A stretch of DNA of 64,000 nucleotides from Alphaproteobacteria bacterium (GTDB lineage: Bacteria > Pseudomonadota > Alphaproteobacteria > Micavibrionales > UBA2020), in contig JAIXUW010000292.1 in NCBI GenBank assembly GCA_027483355.1, positions 68,628 through 132,627 on the forward strand. The letters are read 5' to 3'. The notes under the pieces were generated by a model. It was not told where the DNA came from, searched no databases, and worked only from the letters and a program-made list of their open reading frames with translations. The translations under genes were made by a program, and so were the position numbers. Below, one piece after another: positions 56,702-64,000 of this stretch; the first letter of the stretch is position 1; each line of letters starts with the position of its first letter.

Positions 56702-58339
56702 ATGTCCGCGCCTTTTACTTTGTACGACCTCCCGGACGAACTACTCACCAACCACATCATCCAACATTTGGATTTCACAAGCCGTCGCTGTCTAACATGC
56801 GCAGGCAAACGCGGTCGCGACATGGTGGTTGCTACACGCGGCGTGATTCATCGACCCGGAGCATGGGGCGCTTCTGCCTCTCCTCCTCTTCCCAACAATC
56901 TTTGGGTATTTTACGAGGCATGCACACGTACCTATGCCTTTGCATGCACCAACAGCTGCGAGCCTATCCTGCGTTACAAAATGGGCTGGCTGACCGTGCC
57001 CTTTGTTGGCTCCAGGCAAGTTCTCCGCGCCTTTGACTGGATGTCTCTTCGCGTGGGATTCGCGTTTTTGGCATCCCCTCGCGATTTTGCGAGCGTGGTA
57101 TGGTGTTACATTAGGAAAGATTCGCGAAAGCATTGTCTCGGATTGCAGGATTTGCTCCACCGCCAAGTGCCGCAGGTCAACGACGACGTTGTTGACATTA
57201 CTCCTGCGCTCAGATATTTCGAAGCCGTTTGCGGTTATATGGCGAAATCGGAGAAGGATTTGTTTAGGATTTTTGCGCTATTGTTCAAGCGCCGCCTTTC
57301 GACATTTGAAGAGGCCTGGGACACGGTCGGCCGTGACGCGCCTGACGGAAATCAGGACGAGTGGCTTACAAAGAAATGCATTAGATTGGAGCTTAATGCA
57401 ATGTGCCACGCTTGGTCGTATCTCCAAATTCTTTGCGCGACTCTTCGCGAGAGGACCATTTCTTCTTCTTCTGCGGATGCCGAAGCCACTGATATGACTG
57501 CCGCAATTCGACTGCGAAGTTTTTACAACGAACTGCCTTGGCAGCATTATAGCGACAGCGACGACATTGTGGAGAATACCATAGCCTGGCCTGGATGCAC
57601 TTTTCAGGATGTTTCTCAGTTTTATTCGGAGACGGCTCAAGTCAACACCGCCTACTCAAAGTGCAAGGATGAGATGACGGAGTGCATTTTTAAGCTTGTT
57701 GCCCCATGCGAATCGAAAGACGCCCGACTTCTAGCTGGTGATCGGGGTCAGACCGTTTACGGATCAGAACCTGCAAATGCTTTGCTCTACATCTCAGCGG
57801 CTGTGCGCTATTACGCATTGGACCCCTGTATGAGCGAATATGACGAGAAGTTTCGTGTCTCCATTCACCGCGCTGTGAAACGCGATCTGCTCGTTTCTAC
57901 TGAACTTCCCGCGCACATCACAGCGCAGATGAATCGAACAATGTTTGTGCCTCTCCCATTTCACTTTAAGAGCGAATTCGATGCAGCCACGGCGAACGTG
58001 GACAAGTACGTTGCTTATTTTGCTTCATGCAACGGACATTTTCAGTTTTGGGACCCGGCATTGGTGGATGCCTCTATCAACGCGGGCAACATTCCTTATC
58101 TGTCTCGCAAAGAAACCATCTTGTTGATTCGGAGAATGGGCAGACGTACGTTGGGTCTCGTGTCTGACGCCGACGAATTCTTCCCTTTGGATCCCGAGCG
58201 CGATGACGATGACTATTGGGGACATGGCACGACCTTAAATTGGAACCTGATGCTACTTGATGGCACTGTGGTAGAAGAATTGTGCAAGCGAAACCCTGTT
58301 CAGGTGGGGTGGATTCATAACACACGCGTTTGGCGCTAG
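56702..58339 (+). CDS. F-box protein (545 aa)
   Basis: First ATG at 56702. The N-terminus MSAPFTLYDLPDELLTNHIIQHLDFTSRRCLTCAGKRGRDMV fits the F-box consensus (LPdEll..I...L......l..vck.w). I do not recognise the C-terminal 500 aa. Confidence 0.8.
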   Translation: MSAPFTLYDLPDELLTNHIIQHLDFTSRRCLTCAGKRGRDMVVATRGVIHRPGAWGASASPPLPNNLWVFYEACTRTYAFACTNSCEPILRYKMGWLTVPFVGSRQVLRAFDWMSLRVGFAFLASPRDFASVVWCYIRKDSRKHCLGLQDLLHRQVPQVNDDVVDITPALRYFEAVCGYMAKSEKDLFRIFALLFKRRLSTFEEAWDTVGRDAPDGNQDEWLTKKCIRLELNAMCHAWSYLQILCATLRERTISSSSADAEATDMTAAIRLRSFYNELPWQHYSDSDDIVENTIAWPGCTFQDVSQFYSETAQVNTAYSKCKDEMTECIFKLVAPCESKDARLLAGDRGQTVYGSEPANALLYISAAVRYYALDPCMSEYDEKFRVSIHRAVKRDLLVSTELPAHITAQMNRTMFVPLPFHFKSEFDAATANVDKYVAYFASCNGHFQFWDPALVDASINAGNIPYLSRKETILLIRRMGRRTLGLVSDADEFFPLDPERDDDDYWGHGTTLNWNLMLLDGTVVEELCKRNPVQVGWIHNTRVWR

Positions 58340-58396
58340 GCATATTGTTTGTTTATTTTGTCTTGTCTATAAATCTTCATTTTTTTGTATCTTGGA

Positions 58397-60349
58397 ATGG
58401 ATCTCGTTCAATACCGCAATTGGTGCTGGCCAGACTCGGGCGACGATTTTCACGCGTGGTTGCGGGCCCACCCGACGATCCCGTATTTTGACCATGAAAA
58501 ATTCCGACTCATGAAAGTGCAAGAGTACTCGAGATACTATGAAGAACTCAAAATGAGCAAGGCGCCCATTTTCACGTCGGGTTTACTCGGCTCGCGCCGT
58601 CCCAAGGAAGTAAACGTGACGCTGTTAGTCATGGAATGTCAATTGTTGGACAGATACGCGTTAGTTCGATCCATGAACAAATTGGGCGAAGAGGAGACTA
58701 TTGCGATCGAGCCCACTGCCGAGTACAAGGCAGCGCCGTTCAACATTAACATCAATCGGTATTTTGAGCGGTTCTTTGTAGAAGACGGTTGCGCGATTCA
58801 GGAAAATCAAAGAGGAAGTGAAAAGACGATTCGAGGATCGTTTGGTAAACCATTCAATTGCTTGTACAGCATTACAGCACACGGAGTGATCACATGTCAG
58901 CTGTCCAAAGAAAGCATTCAATGTATGCTTACGGCCATGCTGGCTTTGGAGACTTTAATCCAACGCGTTGAGCAGGTGCATCGACCGACGGCGACTCCGT
59001 TTACTGTGCGCCACGCCCGCATAGCTACGATGCAAGCCACATGTGATTTCGGAGTCAAAGCCGATGTGCATGCTCTGAAATTCTGGAACCCTTGGAGTAC
59101 AAAGGAGTATACTAAAAATACGACGGCTGGGTTTGAAAGCACAGACACTGACACTGGTGCGACTTCCTCAAACTCGCCTGCGAAACAAGGCAATAGTGGC
59201 AGCGGTAGCAGTAGTAGTAGAAAGAAAAGCGGACTAGAATCCAAAATGAATATCCAATTCAACAATATTGTGTATTACACGGCGAGCTCGGCGAGTTTCC
59301 GTCAAATGTGCATTCCCAAGCCTCCGTTTTTCGCCATGACCAACGAAACGCGATACGAAGCCGAAAAGGACTTTTTGGTCGGCAATTTGACACCCGTCTC
59401 ACCCGAGGCAGGCTATGTGAGCAGGGAAGACAAGTTGCCCTGTCGCCCCACGACGATTTCGACTGTTTTCATGGCTCAACACGGCAAATCCACAGTTTCT
59501 TGCATCAATTGCACGAGTTGGATCGAGTGCCTGGCGGGGTTTACGGAGCTTTACGAGCAAATTCTGTTTTGTGAATACGCCGGACGATTGATCGAGCCCG
59601 CGCTGTCCGAATGCCGATCTATGATTGTTAATTGCAAGGAGTCTCTAAACAAGTTTATGTATCAAAAGGATCTGGCCGATATCGTATGCGAGCACTTTAA
59701 GAAAACGTTTTGTCCTGTATGGAGTTCCATTGTCGTGTTCCCGTCGGACAAAATCACGCCCGAATTCGCGCGAGAAATACAAGATATTGTGAGCTCGACG
59801 CTCGTAAATTCATTCTACAACTGCAGGAATCACACGACCAAGGAGCATTACTCGGCCGACTTGTTCAAGGGATTAGAGATCGAGCTCAATGAACGAATCG
59901 AGGCGGAACTCAGAATACAAGAAGAACTGAAAATGAGACTTAATTCCGACAAATTCTACGACGTGAAACGAGCAAAGGGTGGTGCAAAAGGCGCGGCGGC
60001 CAATAATTCTACCGCCTCAGCCGCGGCGGCTGCAAGTCGTGCGACCAATCTACGCGCTCGAGGTCAGACTACGGCCAAAAATGGCGCTGTAGCAAAACAA
60101 GGCGCGAAACGACGCGTCGTGTACTTGAATTCCACTCCTCTGCCGCTCACCTCGACTCCAAGCCACCATCACTTTGAAGACGAATACGCTTCGTCTGATG
60201 TGGCGCCCAAGGCGAGCCAATCTTGCCCCAAATGCATCATGGGACTTTTACTGCTGCACTTGCCCTACATTAGACAAGATGAAATTCACTTTATGGACAA
60301 GATAAGAGGCGTGACCGACAATATGTGGCTGTATTTACAAACTAAATGA
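58397..60349 (+). CDS. Hypothetical protein (650 aa)
   Basis: First ATG at 58397 (MDLVQYRNWCW) with CTATAAATC about 30 nt upstream. It has a Ser-rich patch (GNSGSGSSSSRKKSG). Its 3' end overlaps the convergent gene by 15 nt. Confidence 0.8.
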   Translation: MDLVQYRNWCWPDSGDDFHAWLRAHPTIPYFDHEKFRLMKVQEYSRYYEELKMSKAPIFTSGLLGSRRPKEVNVTLLVMECQLLDRYALVRSMNKLGEEETIAIEPTAEYKAAPFNININRYFERFFVEDGCAIQENQRGSEKTIRGSFGKPFNCLYSITAHGVITCQLSKESIQCMLTAMLALETLIQRVEQVHRPTATPFTVRHARIATMQATCDFGVKADVHALKFWNPWSTKEYTKNTTAGFESTDTDTGATSSNSPAKQGNSGSGSSSSRKKSGLESKMNIQFNNIVYYTASSASFRQMCIPKPPFFAMTNETRYEAEKDFLVGNLTPVSPEAGYVSREDKLPCRPTTISTVFMAQHGKSTVSCINCTSWIECLAGFTELYEQILFCEYAGRLIEPALSECRSMIVNCKESLNKFMYQKDLADIVCEHFKKTFCPVWSSIVVFPSDKITPEFAREIQDIVSSTLVNSFYNCRNHTTKEHYSADLFKGLEIELNERIEAELRIQEELKMRLNSDKFYDVKRAKGGAKGAAANNSTASAAAAASRATNLRARGQTTAKNGAVAKQGAKRRVVYLNSTPLPLTSTPSHHHFEDEYASSDVAPKASQSCPKCIMGLLLLHLPYIRQDEIHFMDKIRGVTDNMWLYLQTK

Positions 60350-61096
60350 ACTCAGTTCTTCCCCGTCTCTTGAAATCTGCGCGGTCGTTTGCTGCTGTGA
60401 AGACAATTCAAACTCGGCGACGCTGATGCGTGGCGGCTCGAGAGGCACGGGTGGCATGTCGGTCAGCAACAAATCCGGGCCGGCATACTCCACATGTACG
60501 AGTGGATCTGAAGCTGGTAATATGGACTCTCCCAGTTCTTCTAGCGCTTCGTCGAGAGACATATCCGCTGTGGGATCCAAGTTGACAAATTCGTGCTTTG
60601 TTTCTTCAATCACCGCGTCCATGTCCTCGATCACGTCGGCCAGTTCGTCTGTATGCGCCACGTAAGCTCTCTCGGTTTGTTCGATTTGAGGCAAAGCTGC
60701 TTTTCCAAGTCTAGCCGTGGCCAAAGTCAACTGAGCCGCGTTGGCAATCGTCCTTTCTTTCATAATCGTTTCCTGAACTTTGTTTGCCGTCGCCAGCACC
60801 GTCTGTATTCTTTTCAAATCATGTTTTGCAGTGTCAATGTCACGCTTGAGAGCCACGCAACTTTGACTGAGCCGTCGCGCTTGCTCTTTGGACTTTGGGT
60901 CGTCGCGCAAAAGAAGTTTTTTGAGCACCAACGTGTCATTATGAAATCTTGATTCCTTCTCTTGAACCATGACCTGAATCCGCATAGCGTCTTGGAGCAC
61001 TCGTTGGTGCTTGGAAAGAGTCTCGGATTCGAGTGGCGACCGATGAGCAACTTGGGTTCCACGTTTAGAGCCGCGATTCGCACCAGCGTACGCCAT
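60335..61096 (-). CDS. Snf7/ESCRT-III-like (CHMP2/Vps2-type) protein (253 aa)
   Basis: First ATG at 61096 (MAYAGANRGSKRG). It has a basic helical N-terminal half and an acidic C-terminal half. HQRVLQDAMR, then 96 aa, then LPQIEQTERAYVAHTDELADVIEDMDAVIEE...DEALEELGESI parallels human CHMP2A NQRALNRAMR, 92 aa, LPQIQKIMMEFERQAEIMDMKEEMMNDAIDD...SQVLDELGLSL (CHMP2A recalled from memory). Confidence 0.75.
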   Translation of the reverse strand: MAYAGANRGSKRGTQVAHRSPLESETLSKHQRVLQDAMRIQVMVQEKESRFHNDTLVLKKLLLRDDPKSKEQARRLSQSCVALKRDIDTAKHDLKRIQTVLATANKVQETIMKERTIANAAQLTLATARLGKAALPQIEQTERAYVAHTDELADVIEDMDAVIEETKHEFVNLDPTADMSLDEALEELGESILPASDPLVHVEYAGPDLLLTDMPPVPLEPPRISVAEFELSSQQQTTAQISRDGEELSSFSL

Positions 61097-61125
61097 TTTC
61101 ACTCTTTTTTCCTATTGCCAAAGTC

Positions 61126-63333
61126 CTATTTACGCGGCACGAACTCGGGCGGTAGTCGATCTGCTAATAGCTGTGGCTGTGGGCGATAGTCTTGTATCCT
61201 CTGCAGCAATTCTCTTAGCAGTCTCGCAGACGATTTCGCAGACACTAGCGTTTCAATTGGTCCGCTTCCAGTTTCCTTTCGAACGACGAGAATAAATTTG
61301 GCTACGAATTCCGCAAACAGAGACTTGAATCCAGTATCGGGCATTGTAATCGTCGGCATCGGGTCAAAATACTGCCAGTTCATATCAAACCCACGCACGG
61401 AGGTTTTCATGTGCGAAGTTGCGGTTTGAATCGCGGCTTGCACGACTGGAGAAAATCTAAACGTGCCACTCATGACCGGGTCAACACGACGTGCTACTTG
61501 AGCTATGATTGCCTTTTTTGCGGCTTCCTGAGAAATATAATCCTTGATTTGGGGCAGTGAAAAGATTTGCTGCCTGGTTTCGTCAATCTGCATGCGATTT
61601 TGCTCGACTTTTTTCACAGAGGCTGCTTGGATGGGTTCCATGAGCATAGCGACAACTTCGTGTACGAATTGATACATCAAAACGTTGACAATGACCGCGA
61701 AGCGCAGATCAAAGTAAATGTTTATACGATATTCGGCTACAAAATTGTAGAGCATGCACGCTAATGAAAGCAGAATTTCCGCTTTACTCAGTCTCGCGGG
61801 GTCGTTGAATAGAAACCCAATATTTGTACTTGCAAAGTTAGGTATGTCGCGAATTAGCCCAAGAGCTTCACGCGGCTCTCCGAGTTTCACGAGGCATTCT
61901 TGTATTTTTACTTGCAATTCATTGGTGTCGCTGTGTCGAGACAGTTGGTGCAAAATATGCGCGCACTTTTTGAACACGTCGGATAATGCAGTTTCCTTTT
62001 CCAAATACACTGCCAAATTAGAGATGGCAGTTTTGAGGGGCGTCAAGTCCTCTATCTTCTGCAATTCGGGTTGCACAAATTTCAACAATCCTGTAGCAAC
62101 CTCGGCCTTTCTTTTGCTTGCTTCGGCGCTGTTTGAACCTTTGTATTTATACTTGACCGCAGACAGCGCGGTTCGCGCCAACTCGTCGGCCGTGTCCGCA
62201 ATCTGACCGGCGCGGAAATTTACAAATGGAACACGGTCGCCATCGGAGTCAATACTTGATTCTGTATACGGGGTGTATTCTAGTGTCACCGTAGAATCGC
62301 CTTTGTAAGGAACGCTCAGAGTAAATAGGTTGACATATTTGGAAAGGCTTGCCAGTGCCTCGTTGGATGCAAAATCTGGCGCAGTGGCTTCGGTTTTAAT
62401 CGTTTCCCATATATCGCCCAAAATCGATGTGTATGCGTCGTTTGCGTTTCCAAGACCAGTGCCAGGCGCAAACGCCGACTTGATGGACTCAAGTTTAGAA
62501 CTTGCCAGGTATCTGTCGAGTGCTCCATTCGGACCTAAAATTTGCACTTTTGCGCGATAATGCCCCTGTGCCGACTGGAGGGTGAGTCCGTTGCCAATCT
62601 TTCTCACCAGGTCATCGATTTTTTGTATAAACTGAGGCCCTGAAAAGGACTTGATAGGTGGCATGACAAGATTGACAGCTTGTCCAATTTCGCTGACGAT
62701 AGCGTTTAGCGCGGTTTGATTCATCGCCAAGAGACTATCGGATTGTTTAGCCACGGGTATAAAATTTTTGAGATCTTTTAGAAAATCGCGCATGAAATCC
62801 GAAAATTGGTTTTTGACAATGGTCGTGTAGTCGGATCTCAGCAACAAGTCGGTTGTTTGAACTTGCAAATTGCCTTGAATGCCAATCAAGAATTGGTATG
62901 TCGGATCGGCTAATAGCAAAGCCAGACGAGCGTCAAGAAGTTCAAACACTTCGTCGCTAAATGCTTTTTGTATACGCGCTGTGTCTGTTTCTTTACTCGT
63001 GGCATTTTCTACGAATCGATTGTAAATCCGAAGATCCTTTGCGTCCGTCGGCACCGCGTTCACCCATTCGGCTTTAAACCTGTCGCCGGCTTCAGCCGAC
63101 GCTCTATCCACAGCATATCCGTCTACTGTTGGAACAAGATACTTGGCCGCGCCTGTAGCAAGCGTTGGCACGACGAATGGCTTTGAAAAGTCAGCTTCTC
63201 TTGCCGCGGCTATGTGATCGTCCGAATCACTCTGTTCTATCTTCTGCCTCTTGGGCGCTCTAATTTCGTCAACGTAAGCGCTTGATTCGGGTACCGCTCC
63301 GCTGCGATACCAAGGAACGTTTGAAGCGGACAT
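61126..63333 (-). CDS. Large hypothetical protein (735 aa) with an N-terminal NLS-like APKRQK
   Basis: ATG start (MSASNVPWYRSGAV) and an uninterrupted ORF. No motif recognised. Confidence 0.85.
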   Translation of the reverse strand: MSASNVPWYRSGAVPESSAYVDEIRAPKRQKIEQSDSDDHIAAAREADFSKPFVVPTLATGAAKYLVPTVDGYAVDRASAEAGDRFKAEWVNAVPTDAKDLRIYNRFVENATSKETDTARIQKAFSDEVFELLDARLALLLADPTYQFLIGIQGNLQVQTTDLLLRSDYTTIVKNQFSDFMRDFLKDLKNFIPVAKQSDSLLAMNQTALNAIVSEIGQAVNLVMPPIKSFSGPQFIQKIDDLVRKIGNGLTLQSAQGHYRAKVQILGPNGALDRYLASSKLESIKSAFAPGTGLGNANDAYTSILGDIWETIKTEATAPDFASNEALASLSKYVNLFTLSVPYKGDSTVTLEYTPYTESSIDSDGDRVPFVNFRAGQIADTADELARTALSAVKYKYKGSNSAEASKRKAEVATGLLKFVQPELQKIEDLTPLKTAISNLAVYLEKETALSDVFKKCAHILHQLSRHSDTNELQVKIQECLVKLGEPREALGLIRDIPNFASTNIGFLFNDPARLSKAEILLSLACMLYNFVAEYRINIYFDLRFAVIVNVLMYQFVHEVVAMLMEPIQAASVKKVEQNRMQIDETRQQIFSLPQIKDYISQEAAKKAIIAQVARRVDPVMSGTFRFSPVVQAAIQTATSHMKTSVRGFDMNWQYFDPMPTITMPDTGFKSLFAEFVAKFILVVRKETGSGPIETLVSAKSSARLLRELLQRIQDYRPQPQLLADRLPPEFVPRK

Positions 63334-63551
63334 GTTCTTACGCCAGATCCACGTTCAAACCATGCTCATGGCACTTTTAAATGGTATGACTCTAAATAGA
63401 AAAAAGGAATACAATTTTGCGCAATTAGTAATTTAAATAAGAACCGTGCTCATGTCCCTGTTTTCCGACGCGTGGTATTTTTCAACAGCCAAAACCACCA
63501 AGATCCTCGCCGCGAGTAAAAAAAAAAGAAGAAGACTCGAGTGCACAGCAC

Positions 63552-64000
63552 ATGAACGCCGCCGAGGAGGATACGGTGCGACAGCATGTCAACAAAGTTC
63601 GCCAGGTTGCGAGTAGCGAATTCAAGCTCGCGGCGCTGTTTATGATTGAAAAAGCATATCGGCTGCCTGATGAAAATCGCTTGAACTTTATAAAACAATG
63701 CGTTGCATGCTATGATGGAGATATTGCAATGGTCTGGAGCCCAGACGACGCCTTGCTTCCGCCCGATTTGGGAACAGACAATGTCGACGCTGTAGAAAAT
63801 CAAAGAACAGAATTGGCATCGATTTTATATGACAATTTGAACCCTTGGGACAAGGGTACACTAGAAGTGTTTGATGGCAACGTCGCAGCTAGGCGGCTGT
63901 GGCGCTCGTTCTTGTTCCTTCTGCGATTCAAAATTGCATTGGAAAATATGACGCCGCAAATGGGCCAAAACCAAAATGACGCTATCGTGGCCGATAGACA
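63552..64000 (+). CDS. Hypothetical protein; 5' end complete, 3' end beyond the window (at least 149 aa)
   Basis: The ATG at 63552 (MNAAEEDTVRQHVNKVRQVASSEF...) stays open to 64000 in my translation. It is not in the ORF track because it has no stop. The listed antisense ORF 63450..63803 looks spurious. Confidence 0.6.
   Translation, partial: MNAAEEDTVRQHVNKVRQVASSEFKLAALFMIEKAYRLPDENRLNFIKQCVACYDGDIAMVWSPDDALLPPDLGTDNVDAVENQRTELASILYDNLNPWDKGTLEVFDGNVAARRLWRSFLFLLRFKIALENMTPQMGQNQNDAIVADR

Noticed and set aside
63450-63803. 117-aa minus-strand ORF at the right edge
   Set aside because: It is antisense to a plus-strand ORF from the ATG at 63552 that stays open to the window end and translates into a more protein-like sequence.
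1-64000. Reading the window as a Giardia-like or microsporidian compact chromosome, based on A-rich initiator-like ATG contexts and short spacers
   Set aside because: This is not excluded, but it is disfavoured. There are no housekeeping genes, tRNAs or family expansions typical of those genomes. AATAAA appears after stops rather than the AGTRAAY-type signal. Orphan giant ORFs and host-mimic adaptor genes fit a viral origin better.

Overview
This 64-kb window is almost entirely coding. It holds about 38 apparently intron-less ORFs on both strands. Spacers are very short: convergent stops lie 12-57 nt apart, and one convergent pair overlaps by 15 nt. I recognise no rRNA, tRNA, CRISPR array, transposase or housekeeping gene. 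Most products look like orphans to me, and several are very large (2400, 948, 936, 930 and 864 aa). The ORF track misses a minus-strand ORF of at least 2230 codons that starts at 6692 and runs off the left edge. It also misses a plus-strand ORF that starts at 63552 and runs off the right edge. Many track ORFs begin at TTG/GTG/CTG codons, so I re-anchored starts to the first in-frame ATG. The parts I can recognise are all eukaryote-type: a PIF1-like SF1 helicase; a class I SAM methyltransferase with DOT1-like motif order; a Snf7/ESCRT-III-like protein; an F-box protein; three tandem BTB/POZ-like paralogues; two paralogous type I glycoproteins with a PKD-like Ig domain; and many tail-anchored or multi-pass membrane proteins. 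Expression signals also look eukaryotic: A-runs directly before many ATGs, TATA-like elements about 10-60 nt upstream, and AATAAA just after several stops. My best reading is a slice of an uncharacterised large eukaryotic dsDNA virus or virus-derived island. A very compact protist chromosome cannot be excluded from sequence alone. The leads most worth follow-up are the ESCRT-III-like gene, the BTB x3 + F-box cluster, the DOT1-like methyltransferase, the giant polytopic membrane protein beside the glycoprotein pair, and a 720-bp ORF-poor gap packed with palindromes (candidate origin or regulatory hub). All domain calls rest on motif recognition by eye, with no searches run, and coordinates of small motifs may be off by 1-2 nt.
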